Shown piece by piece: positions 16,917 to 28,000 of a DNA stretch of 59,880 bases; position 1 is the first letter of the stretch; each line of letters opens with the position of its first letter. The stretch lies in sequence record LR025197.1; one strand, 5' to 3'. The notes under the pieces are model-generated. The model was not told the DNA's origin. It did no database searches and was given only the letters and a program-made list of their open reading frames with translations. A program made the translations under genes and the position numbers. Source of the DNA: Escherichia phage vB_Eco_SLUR75.

Positions 16917-19900
16917 TGGCCGAAACTGCTTCGCTAGTAATCAGAGTTGACGCGAAAGGGATTAGCACAGCGGACTCCATGCTGCGCAACCTTGCGCGTA
17001 CAGGTGACACAGCGGAGCGTTCCGCTCAACGTGTCACATCAAGCTATAAAACATTGTCTAACACATCTAACGAACTTGCAACTGTCACAAGTCGTTTAGA
17101 TGCTGCAATCGTAGGAATGATCAGCGTTGACACCATTAGTCGTGTTATATCGCTGTCTGACTCCTGGACCATCCTTACCAACAAACTTGAACTAGCTCGT
17201 ATGGGTAATGAAACCGTTGCGGATTCCCAGCAACGTGTATTTGATATTGCTCAGCGGTCACGTACAAGCTTGGAAGCAACTGCAACTCTATATTCCCGTC
17301 TCCAGCGTGCAATGAAGAATACTGGTATGACGGGTATGGAGCTTGGACGTATCACTGAAACAATCAACAAAGCGATGATTGTTTCCGGTGCAACGTCACA
17401 TGAAGCAAGCGCTGCATTGATTCAGTTTTCGCAAGCAATGGCATCCGGTGTTCTGCGTGGGGATGAATTCCGCTCTGTTGCAGAACAAGCTCCGCGCTTA
17501 ACTCAAATCATGTCCGATGCATTAGGTGTTACCATTGGACAATTGCGCGAAATGGCCTACAGCGGCAAGTTAACCGCCGATGTGGTTATCAAATCGTTGT
17601 CTGGTGCTGCGGATACAATTGATAAAGAATTTAGCCGCACTATGCCAACGTTTAACCAGCAATGGACGGTTGCAACAAACAACTTGACTAAGTTCATGGG
17701 CGAATCCCAAAAGACTCAAGGTGCGGTTGCTGCATTGGGACAGACGTTTGTTGCATTATCCGAAAACTTAGGAACGGTTGTAACGGTTGGTTCAGCTTTA
17801 GCCACAGTAATTACCGCCCGTATCATTACGGCGATGCTTGCTAAGACTAAAGCGTCTATAGCTGCTGCAAAAGCATCTCAGATGGAAGCTGCACAGACTG
17901 CGGCAACTACTGCTGTGATGCAAAGCTCTATTGGCGTTACTGCACAGAAAGCGGCGGCCGATCGTGCTGCTTCGCTTGCAGCGTTACAGGTTGCTCGCGG
18001 GTCATTAGCGGTTGCTAAGGGTACGGCAGCGGAAGCAGGTGCACGTCTTGCGCTTATTAACGCTACCCGTGCGCATTCGGCAGCAATTATGGCGGACGTA
18101 CAAGCGCGGCAAGCGCTCAATGCTGCGCTTAATGCAACTGTACCAGCCGCAAGCCGTGCAGCTACAGCAATGAGCGTGCTGCGCGGTGCTATGGGGTTAA
18201 TTGGCGGTCCTGTTGGTGTAGCAATGCTGGCAGCGGGTGCAATTTACTCCTATAAAGCATCGCTGGAAGCTGGTCGTGCGGAAAACAATCAGTTTGCGGA
18301 TAGTGTTGATACTGTACGCGATAAACTGATGCAGATGACAGAAGCTCAGTTGGCAGCTAACGCAGTTAAAGCTCGCGCAATTCTCCCCGAACTTGAAGAG
18401 CAAATGAAGCGGGAGCAAACTGCTCTTAAATCTGCAACGGAAACGCAGAAGTTCTATGAAGCACAATTAAAACGTCGCGCTGCGTCCGGTCGTAATACAG
18501 CTAGTGCCGAGAAGAATTTACAGATTGCTACGGATAACGTCAAGCTTGCTGCTGAACGTGCTGAAGAAGCTCAACGCCGTTACAACAATGTCTTAGAAAT
18601 GACAAGCCCTGCTATCGAGAAGATAATTCCGTTAGCTCGTCAGCTTGCAGCGGATATGAAAGCAGTGCTTAATATCAAATCCGGTCCGCTTATTGACGAG
18701 AAAGTGCTTGATCGTTTTAAAGGCCAGTTAGGTGATGTCAACCGTGAGATTGATGTTAATACGGTTAAGGGTGCTGGCAATGCTCGCCAAGCTGCAATCC
18801 TTAGTGGACTGTATCAGACGCTGGGCAAGGATGCGGATACATACGGAAGTCTTATTCGCAAAGTAGCTATGGGCCAGGACGTTAGCTCAGAGGCAACAAG
18901 CGAATCCGCTAAAGAGCTTGTTAAATATGCTCAAGATTTAGCGCAAGCTCTTGGCAAAAACTACGATCTTGAAGAAGCAGAGAGAAACCGGACTAAAGCT
19001 ACAAAAGACGGTATTAAAGCAGAACAACAGAACGCCAAAGTTATTGACGATTTACGCAACAAGCTTAACGAAGTAACCACAGGAGTTAAGGAAAACGCCA
19101 AAGCAAAAGCTCAAGCTGTGGCTTTAAACAAGCTCAATACGTCTGCAACTGCCGCGGAAAAAGCAGAAGTTATGAGTCTTGCTGCTGCGATTTATGAAGC
19201 GGAAGAAGCTCAAAAGAAACTGGACGAGCGTAAAAAGAATCGTAAAGTTGCTCAAGGTCTGTTAGATGAAGGTATGACGGACTATGAAAAAATCGCGTAT
19301 GAGCAAAATACTAAGATTGCGGATCTTAATGCAAAACAACGGGCGGATGATCTAGCTCACTATCAGCTTTACGAAGACGCTAAGACGCAAGTCCTGAAGA
19401 AAGCGAGCATGGAAAGGGAAAATCTGGATAAAGTCCTTATGAACCGAATGATATCCTTTTCTCAGGAATCCTTAGGCATCATAATGGATGGCCTGTCGCA
19501 GGCTGTAAGCCAGCAGAACTTCTTTTATAAATCTATGTTTGCAGCACAGAAAGCAATGCAAATCCCATCAATCCTTGCTAACACGGAAACGGCAGCATCT
19601 GCGGCGCTTGCATGGGGTACACAGCAAGGAGGTGCTACGATGGGTGCAACAATGGCAGCTATAGTGAAAACTATGGGTTATGCGTCCGCTGCTACTGTGG
19701 GTGGCTTAGCGATTGCTGGTATGGCTCACGACGGTATTGATAACGTTCCGCGTGAAGGTACATGGTTGCTGGATAAGGGTGAACGTGTACTTAATGCTCC
19801 GTCTAATGACAAGTTAAATCGCTTCCTGGATAGCCAAGCTTCACAACAAGGTGGCGTGAATATGTCCGGTGGTGTTAGCATTGTTCAGTATATCACGGTG

Positions 19901-20032
19901 CAAGGAAATGGCGATGCAGCACTCACACAAGCCATGCAAAAAGCGGCCCGTGATGGCGCTGAGCAGGGATATAATAAAGTTCTTAATGACTTTGCATCCC
20001 GAGGAACAATTCGTAGAACTGCAATGGGGTAA
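16916..20032 (+). CDS. Tape measure protein (1038 aa)
   Basis: Very long Ala/Gln-rich alpha-helical protein downstream of the frameshifted chaperone pair. Confidence 0.85.
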   Translation: MAETASLVIRVDAKGISTADSMLRNLARTGDTAERSAQRVTSSYKTLSNTSNELATVTSRLDAAIVGMISVDTISRVISLSDSWTILTNKLELARMGNETVADSQQRVFDIAQRSRTSLEATATLYSRLQRAMKNTGMTGMELGRITETINKAMIVSGATSHEASAALIQFSQAMASGVLRGDEFRSVAEQAPRLTQIMSDALGVTIGQLREMAYSGKLTADVVIKSLSGAADTIDKEFSRTMPTFNQQWTVATNNLTKFMGESQKTQGAVAALGQTFVALSENLGTVVTVGSALATVITARIITAMLAKTKASIAAAKASQMEAAQTAATTAVMQSSIGVTAQKAAADRAASLAALQVARGSLAVAKGTAAEAGARLALINATRAHSAAIMADVQARQALNAALNATVPAASRAATAMSVLRGAMGLIGGPVGVAMLAAGAIYSYKASLEAGRAENNQFADSVDTVRDKLMQMTEAQLAANAVKARAILPELEEQMKREQTALKSATETQKFYEAQLKRRAASGRNTASAEKNLQIATDNVKLAAERAEEAQRRYNNVLEMTSPAIEKIIPLARQLAADMKAVLNIKSGPLIDEKVLDRFKGQLGDVNREIDVNTVKGAGNARQAAILSGLYQTLGKDADTYGSLIRKVAMGQDVSSEATSESAKELVKYAQDLAQALGKNYDLEEAERNRTKATKDGIKAEQQNAKVIDDLRNKLNEVTTGVKENAKAKAQAVALNKLNTSATAAEKAEVMSLAAAIYEAEEAQKKLDERKKNRKVAQGLLDEGMTDYEKIAYEQNTKIADLNAKQRADDLAHYQLYEDAKTQVLKKASMERENLDKVLMNRMISFSQESLGIIMDGLSQAVSQQNFFYKSMFAAQKAMQIPSILANTETAASAALAWGTQQGGATMGATMAAIVKTMGYASAATVGGLAIAGMAHDGIDNVPREGTWLLDKGERVLNAPSNDKLNRFLDSQASQQGGVNMSGGVSIVQYITVQGNGDAALTQAMQKAARDGAEQGYNKVLNDFASRGTIRRTAMG

Positions 20033-20035
20033 TAT

Positions 20036-20620
20036 ATGCTCACTTGGCCCGAAGAAATTAGACCGTCTGAGATGGAATGGTATCTAGTTTCAAACTCTGT
20101 AGAATTTACAAGCCCCTTCAATGGGGCTTCCCAAACTGTGTCCTATCCTGGATCACGATGGGAAGCAACGTTGACATTTAGTAATTTAAATGACTGGCAA
20201 TCCAGAAAGCTCGAATCAACATTAGCTAAGCTTGATGGTAAAGCTGGTCGAATCATGCTCCAGGATTTTGGTCGTTGGGGACGTGCACCGATTGGATCAC
20301 CTGTGGTTAACGGTGCAAACAATACAGGGACAACTTTATCAACTAAAGGTTGGACGCCTAATAGAAAGGTTTTATGGGAAGGGGATTACATCGCAGTAAA
20401 CGATGAATTAAAATTAATAACCGAGGATGCTTGGAGCGATTCTTCTGGTAACGTGATATTAAATATCGCCCCGATGCTAAGGACTATTCCACCGAATGGG
20501 GCTAAAATCGAAACTCAAAAGCCACAAGGGGCTTTCCGGTTAGCGGAAAATACTAACGGGGTTAAGCGTCAGCCAGCTTTTAATAATTCATTCACTCTAA
20601 AATTCTCGGAGGCGTTCTAA
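20036..20620 (+). CDS. Minor tail protein (194 aa)
   Basis: Synteny after tape measure. Confidence 0.5.
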   Translation: MLTWPEEIRPSEMEWYLVSNSVEFTSPFNGASQTVSYPGSRWEATLTFSNLNDWQSRKLESTLAKLDGKAGRIMLQDFGRWGRAPIGSPVVNGANNTGTTLSTKGWTPNRKVLWEGDYIAVNDELKLITEDAWSDSSGNVILNIAPMLRTIPPNGAKIETQKPQGAFRLAENTNGVKRQPAFNNSFTLKFSEAF

Positions 20621-21204
20621 TGCTATTCAGTCCTTTCAGCGATACGCTTCTCAACGCAATGGAGCAGCCGAACGTTAGTCTGGTGCTTGCTGCGGAAATT
20701 GACTTTCCTTCTGGTGTAACGCGTGTGCATACTGGGACAGGGGTTGTTGTTATTAATGGTCAAACTTTCCTTGGCGTTGGTACTCTTGGGGACGTTGGGT
20801 CAGTGACTGAGGAAAACAGCACTAGCTCCAGCACAATGTCCATGGCGCTTAGCGGTCTGGACATGAGTCTTGTTGGGGAGACATTAAACGAAGAAGTTAT
20901 CGGGCGTAATGTTGTTTGCTATATTGCAGTGATGAACGATCAAGGTAATGTCATTGCTGCTAATATTTTATTTGAAGGTTTTATTACAGACACCGCATTA
21001 CAAGCAGGTCAACAGAATGCCTTGAGTTATGTTATTTCCAACGTGTTTGAGCGTTGGTCACAAGGTTTACCGGATCGCTATACAGATGAAAGTCAACAGC
21101 GTTTATATCCAGGCGACCGTTTCTTTAGATACATTGCACAAATGGCTGAACGTTCAATCTTTTGGGGGAGTAAGAAAGATGCGCCAGGGTTCTCCTATGA
21201 GTAA
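20620..21204 (+). CDS. Minor tail protein (194 aa)
   Basis: Synteny; start overlaps upstream stop. Confidence 0.5.
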   Translation: MLFSPFSDTLLNAMEQPNVSLVLAAEIDFPSGVTRVHTGTGVVVINGQTFLGVGTLGDVGSVTEENSTSSSTMSMALSGLDMSLVGETLNEEVIGRNVVCYIAVMNDQGNVIAANILFEGFITDTALQAGQQNALSYVISNVFERWSQGLPDRYTDESQQRLYPGDRFFRYIAQMAERSIFWGSKKDAPGFSYE

Positions 21205-21613
21205 GTTGCCGGGCTGGCAGACACGTTTATTAACCACAGTAAAGGAGTTGTCATCGACTCCTTTTTCTTGGGGTGAAAATGATTGCTGCACCTTCGCGGC
21301 TAAATGTGTTGATGCGCAATACGGCACAAATATCTACGAACAAGTTGCTGGAAAATATAGTACCGAGCTTGGAAGTAAAAAGTTCACTATTGAAAGAGTT
21401 GGAACCGCTTACCTTCCATTGTTATTGGATACTTACCTCAGCGAACGAGTTGACAAGAACTATGCGCAAAGAGGCGATGTGGTTACATTTGAGGGAGCAT
21501 TGGGCTTAACTGCTGGCATATTATGGACTGGATATGTATGGGCTATGGGTCCGAACGGTGTGGAAACATTCCCGCTTAATAAGATCAAAATTACGGATAT
21601 TTGGAGGGTCTAA
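21179..21613 (+). CDS. Tail assembly protein with NlpC/P60-like domain, lambda gpK C-terminus-like (144 aa)
   Basis: ATG at M51 of track ORF with RBS GGGGGAG; ENDCCTFAAKC resembles the Cys motif of the lambda K NlpC/P60 domain. Confidence 0.5.
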   Translation: MRQGSPMSKLPGWQTRLLTTVKELSSTPFSWGENDCCTFAAKCVDAQYGTNIYEQVAGKYSTELGSKKFTIERVGTAYLPLLLDTYLSERVDKNYAQRGDVVTFEGALGLTAGILWTGYVWAMGPNGVETFPLNKIKITDIWRV

Positions 21614-24600
21614 TGCCACCAGCAATAATTGGAGCAGCGATAGCTTTAGGTGCGTCAGCTGCTGCTGCGGCTAGTATTATTTCGGCTACTACCGCTCTCG
21701 TTATCGGTATTGCTGCAACCGCGGCAGGTGCTCTTTTGACTAAGACACCAAATATGAACTTTGATGCTTACAAGGGTCAGCAAGAGCGTAAACAGGTTCT
21801 GCGTGCAGCTACAGCGTCACGTTCTGTTGTATATGGCACGACCGTAGCGTCCGGACTATTAGCATTTGCGGAGGAAGAAGCTGGAGATCAAGATGAAGGT
21901 GAATGGATGCATCTTGTTGTCGTTCTTGCCAGTCATAAATTGGAAGGTATTGAAACGATTTGGTTGGGCGATGACGGAATTGATTGGTTTGGTGAAAACG
22001 CTACTTGGGAGTTCCATAACGACCGTCAGACTGTTGACCCATTCATGTTAAAACATTGTCCTTCCTGGAAGGAGGATATGATTGGCAAGGGTATTGCATG
22101 GCTACGTTTAAGCTTAAAGTTTGATGCTGAAAAATTCCCATCCGGTTTGCCAAACGTCAAGGTGTTGAAAAAGGGACGTAGAATTTATGACCCACGTTCC
22201 GGTCAAACTGTCTTTAGCGATAACGCTGCTCTTGTTATTCTTGATTATTTCCGCACGTATTTAAAGCGCAAGGACGAGAATATTAACTGGGACCAATTCA
22301 AGGAAGCTGCTAACATCTGCGATGAGTTTGTTACTAACGCAGATAACACTACGGAAAGACGCTATCGCATTAACGGGGAGTTTGAAGTGGACGAAGCACC
22401 TGCCAAAATCCTTGATGCTATGCTTGAAGCTTGCGGTGGGGAACTAACCTATATTGGCGGTAAGCATGGTCTGTTAGTTGGTGCTTATTACGGCCCAGCC
22501 ACCATGACTTTGGATGAAAGCTGCATTGCTGGGGATATTAAAATAATCCCTGAGACATCTTATAAAGAGCGTACCAATACCATTACAGGTACATTCGTCG
22601 ACCCGAAGCAAACATACGCTGAAGCAGATTTTCCTCCAGTTGTGGTTAAGGAATGGGTGGAAAAAGATGGCGGTGAAATAACGCAAGACATGGATTTCCG
22701 CTTTGTTACAAGTGAATATCAAGCTCAACGTCTTGCTAATATTATTTTACGTCGTAAGCGTGTTGGTCGAACAATTGAAGTTCCGTGTAACATGAAGGGG
22801 TATAAATTCCGCCCAGGCATGTATGTCAACGTAACCATTTCAAACATCGGAATGAAAAACGTTGAGATGCGCGTTACTAAATGGTCATTCGATCCTAAAG
22901 GTGGGATTAATCTTGTCCTTCGTCAAGACTTCCTGGAAATGTGGGACGACGCTATTGGTAAACCAATGGAGCGCCCGGATCTGGTAGACCTTCCGTCTGG
23001 TGCTATTGCTCAACCGCAAAACCTTCAGTATCAGGTATTGCAGATTAGCGATGTTGTGCAGGGTGTTTTAACGTGGAGCAATATTGGGCAGGTAGCATAT
23101 AACCGCGTAGCCGTGCGACAGGGAGGTACAACGGTTTGGACCGCACAAGTCCCTGGCCAAAACGTTCGCGTTACTGGGTTGCTGCGGGGCGCGTATACAG
23201 CGCATGTTCAAGCGGTAGCTTATAGCGGGGCAGTATCGCCGGAAGCATATCTGGAATTCAATATTCAAGCACCACCTCCGCCAACTTCTGTTGAAGTGCA
23301 ACAGGGTTACTTTGCTATAAGTTTGATCCCAAAATCTGCGGATATTGCAAACGTTAGCACGCAGTATGATTTCTGGACTTCCGGTGAAACAAGATTGTCT
23401 TCCGTGTCTACAGACATTGTAGAACGCGAAGCAACTCGTAAAGGTATGGGTACAACTTGGACGTCGGAAGGGTTGAAGAATGACCACACTTATTACTGGT
23501 ATGTCCGCACCATTAACGCTTTCGGATCATCTGCATTTGTAGAAGTAGCTGCATTGTGCTTTACAACAGCTACAGATTTGATGCCACAAATTGATTCTGA
23601 ATTCAAGAAGACGGAGACTTATAAAGAGCTCACTACTGAAATCACAGGTGTTAAAGATGGAGTTACTCAGCTTAGCCAAACTGTAGTGCAAACTGAAAAG
23701 CGTTTAAGTCAAAGCGTTAGCAATGTTCAACAAAGCGTTATCACTTTGGATGGTGTTGTTCAGGATCATGGCGTTACCATTAATAAACAAGGACAGCTCA
23801 TCGATGCACAGGGTAAGTTGATTGACACTCAAGGTAAGACTATTGAAACGGTTAGCGCGACCGTGCAGGAGACAAGTAAAGCAGTTGTAGATCTGGAAGG
23901 TAATGTTAACGCTCAATGGGGTGCTAAAGTACAGGTAGATAGTAAAGGGCAAAAATACGTTGCTGGTATGCAGTTAGGTATGGAAGGGTCCGGTGGAGCT
24001 GTTCAGTCTTACTTCATGGTAAGTGCTAACAACTTTGCTATCTATAACCCGACAAATAGCGTAGCAGAACTAGCATTTGCTGTTAAGAACGGTCAAGTGT
24101 TCATGAAGGCTGCGTTTATTGAAAATGGTACTATTGACAGCGCTAAAATTTCAAATCAAATTCAGTCAACAAACTACGCAAACAATAGCGCGGGTTGGAT
24201 GATTAACAAGAATGGTAGCGCTCAGTTTAACAACGTAACGATAAGAGGTACTGTATACGCTAGCAACGGATCTTTCACAGGCACAGTGAACGCAACAAGC
24301 GGTAAATTCAAGGGTACTGTGGAAGCTACCAGTTTTGTGGGTGATGTTGCGAATATGTGTGTCATTGCTGAGTCTGCAATACCAAACACACAAACTACAA
24401 GTTCAAGAACCTGGACAAAAACTTTCAAAGACTCATCTGGTTCAACATTATCTAAAGACTTTGTGTTGCTATTAAGTTATAGTTTAACCGCATATACATC
24501 AAATCAGGCGAGTCGTATAATTGTGACTGCTAACATAGGGGGGACATCAATTACAAGGAGGATTGAGCGAGCTGCCAATGGACCTGCGATGGATGTAACC

Positions 24601-24735
24601 ATACCTTTAGCAGTGAAAGGAAAGACAGCGTCGAGCGTAACAATAAGCGTTAAGGAGGAGTATACGAACGTCTATGGGAGCTACTTGCGCCCATCTGTAA
24701 TATTAATGACTCGCGGAACTGGTAGTTGGTCGTAA
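21613..24735 (+). CDS. Tail tip / central fiber protein, lambda gpJ-like (1040 aa)
   Basis: C-terminal segments align by eye with lambda J ([22 protein letters not shown] vs [41 protein letters not shown] vs YYFYIRSVNTVGKSAFVEA). ATG at M5 of track ORF (track start is TTG). Confidence 0.8.
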   Translation: [1040 protein letters not shown]

Positions 24736-24742
24736 TAAATAA

Positions 24743-24770
24743 TTAACCCCTCAAACGAGGGGTTAATTTT
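24743..24770. terminator. Bidirectional terminator hairpin
   Basis: AACCCCTC-aaac-GAGGGGTT with A-run upstream and T-run downstream; between convergent J-like and lipoprotein genes. Confidence 0.6.
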
Positions 24771-25003
24771 CAATAATCAATCACACAGTTTGAAGGTGAG
24801 CCAATTCGTCGGTATTCGTGATCAATTTCATGACACCATTGCCCAGTCATTGGAAGCTTTTCGGTATCATAAATTAAAGAACCGTTACCATCGCGATCCA
24901 AAGGTTTTGGAACGACGCCGGAATTAGGTTTACCAGTATTTAAACCATTACCACATGCGGTAAGGGACAAACATAATGCCAGCATAATTAGAGCGTGTTT
25001 CAT
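24770..25003 (-). CDS. Small lipoprotein, candidate superinfection-exclusion protein (77 aa)
   Basis: Signal peptide with lipobox LSLTAC|G; sole opposite-strand gene in the tail module, between the J-like and tail fiber genes. Confidence 0.55.
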   Translation of the reverse strand: MKHALIMLALCLSLTACGNGLNTGKPNSGVVPKPLDRDGNGSLIYDTEKLPMTGQWCHEIDHEYRRIGSPSNCVIDY

Positions 25004-25085
25004 CGGGACTCCTTTGTGTTGTTGTCAAGGTTCAATTTTAATATACTTGTTGTGTTGAGTAAGTCAAATAAATGTGGGAGATATT

Positions 25086-28000
25086 ATGGCAACTCGTTTA
25101 CGTGGTACTTTAGTTGATGGTTTGAATAAGCCTATTATCAACGCTACAGTTGCGCTTTTAGCTAAAGGAAACAGTCTTACCGTATTATCCGGCAGCGAAG
25201 CTATCTTTAAAACAAGTGCAACCGGAACTTATGATATTACAGTCCAGACAGGTTATTACAAGGTTATTATCGGTCCACAGGGCGTAGAGCCATATAAAGC
25301 TGGTGAAATTGCTATTTACGCGGATAGTAAAGAAGGTACGCTGAATAACTATTTAACTACATGGGCACCGGAAGAGCTAACTCCGGAAGTTATTACTCAG
25401 GTAAAAGATTTGGTTGCACAAGCTGAGACAGCTAAGAACGCTTCATCCACGTCTGCTACTAAATCCGAACAGGAGCGAGTTAAAGCAGAAGCTGCTGCTA
25501 AAAAAGCGGAAGACACTGCTAATGGTATGAAAGCCTCTATTGGCTTAACTACTGCCCCAAGACATGTTGCAAATATTACAGTAGAACCTACAGCATTCTT
25601 AGGCTTCATACGAATTGTACGATCTACCACAGTCGGTTATCCAGATATAGCTTCATCAGAAAACGTATTGGCTGGTTTTATTTCTGCTATGGACGGAACC
25701 CCTGGATATGTCGGGGTATTTGTTGGTGACTTCACCGGAACTGTATACACTTATCGTTGGACTAAGAATGTTGGCGCGGTATGGTGGAAACAAGTTAACT
25801 ACTCTACTGTCAACAGATATACCCAGCTTAACGCAGAAACTAATTTTACAAACCAATTGGGTAACGCCAAACTTCTTATTGACAATAATAAAGTTTGGGG
25901 TGCTTATGATAACGACAATAAACGCTATATACCCCTTGCAATAGCTCAGGGTGGTACTGGCGCGGTAAATGTTAATGATGCTTTGGAAAACTTTGGGTTA
26001 GGTCGTAACTCCGCGCCACGTTTCAAACATCTTGATCTGGACAATGCATCAAATTCTACACAAGCAGCTTCTGGAATTCTAAACGGCTACCTCCGTGATT
26101 CTAGCGGTGTGCAAAGAACTAAGCATAGATTATATTCAGAAATTAAAAGCGATGGGAAAGCGTGGTTAACCATGCAGATCTATTCTGATGAATCTACGCA
26201 GAAGACTTTAGGTTATAACATTGACGGCGATTTCCAAATTGTACGTAATTTTATCGGGCAGTCCTTACAATTATCGGATTTAACCACAACTCATAAAAAT
26301 CTACAGATTGATAGATTTAAGCAGTTGTCCGCTGGAACAAGGGTCTACGGAGGTCCAGCCGATGAGCGATATTTTGAAGTTCATACCGGGGCCTGGGGTG
26401 TTTATAACGTAACAGAAAAGAAATGGATACCTTTAGCCATATCACAAGGTGGGACGGGAGCTGTTACAGTTGCGGACGCCAAGAAGAACCTTTTAATCCC
26501 GGACGGAGGTCTTGATTCGGCTACCCGTGTGGATAAACCCGCTGGAGCGGAAGATGCTAAGTATTATCCAATCATTATTAGCCAACCTAGCGGGTATGAT
26601 GGCACGTACCTAACAGAAATTGAAATGAGCACTCCCAGCAGAAGTGCTGCACAAAGTCCTAACTCTAACATCTTAAGAGCTTGGATTCGAAGCGCTGGAT
26701 GGAGCGATAAAGGTACTGTTGGCTTTGGGAATTTCTTTGCTTATGATAGTAAAGAGGTTGCAATTTTATGTATACGTGGCACATCTAGAGGTCAATATCC
26801 TCATAATGCTGTTTACGTAAAGGGCGATGCTTTCCCTGTTTATATTAGGAAGACTGTTGGATCCACAATTACAGTTCCCACTTCTGACTGGTCTGCAGAT
26901 CCAAATGCGTCAGATAAGTGTGTTTATAAATGGGGCATCACAGGCGATTTAGATGGTATTGGTGATGAATATGGGTGTCGAAATATACTAAACTTTGTCA
27001 AAGGTTTGAACGGATTTTATTGTAACGACTATTTCCGTGATGCTGGAGGGAATGCTTATCTTAAGGATGGGATGAATTATGGAGGTGATATAAAATTACA
27101 ACTCCGTAAATTGGAAATAAACGGTAATCTTACCGCAGGGAACGCTATAACTGCTTTCGGTCCTACTGTAGCAAATAATACATTTGTATCACAGTTAACA
27201 AATGCGGATTCTAGTCAAGCATTGCATCAAAGCGAGTTTAGAGCTGGGGAAAGCGGTGGGCAAATTGTTGTTCGGGATATGTCAGCAGTAGCCAATCATA
27301 AATTCTTTAACTTTAATCTAGACGGAAGCTTCAGTCCGCCAAACGGATTATTGTCTTCTACTGGTGTGGATTGGAACAGTCAAATTAATACCGTCAATAA
27401 GTTCTATGGAATTGCCGGACAAGTTAACTCAGCAGAAAACAATGTTGTTTACGGGGGCATTCACGTAGGTTTTAGCGGTAATTATGCATTTCAACTAGCT
27501 GGTAGAAATAACAAAGCAAGTTTTCGTACATTTGAAGCAGGCACACCTGGACCTTGGATGCGTCTTATTACTGATCAGTATGCAGACTTCAAAGTACCAA
27601 TTTTTGCTAACAAGAATGGTGAAGCTATAACCATTAAATCGACAGTAGATGACAACTCTGAATCTGGATATATCGCTGGGAGGAATAACGCTAATACCCG
27701 TTTGTGGTATATAGGGAAGTCCGGACCTCAAGAAACTGTGGTTATCCGTAATGATATGAATGGAAACCAAATACTCTTAAGGGACGGTGCAGGCGATATA
27801 AGCTTGGATACAAAAGACGGGAACAAAGTTGTATTTGCAAAAGCTTCCAACTTTAGACTTGTTAATAGTAATGGAAAATATACAAGGTTAGTAACATCAG
27901 GAAGTTCAACTCATGCAATTAGCATGGACAACTGGGGTACAAGCGCAAGACCTACTGTGTTCGAATGTAAGTATGAAGACTATAGCACTTCTGCTAACGT

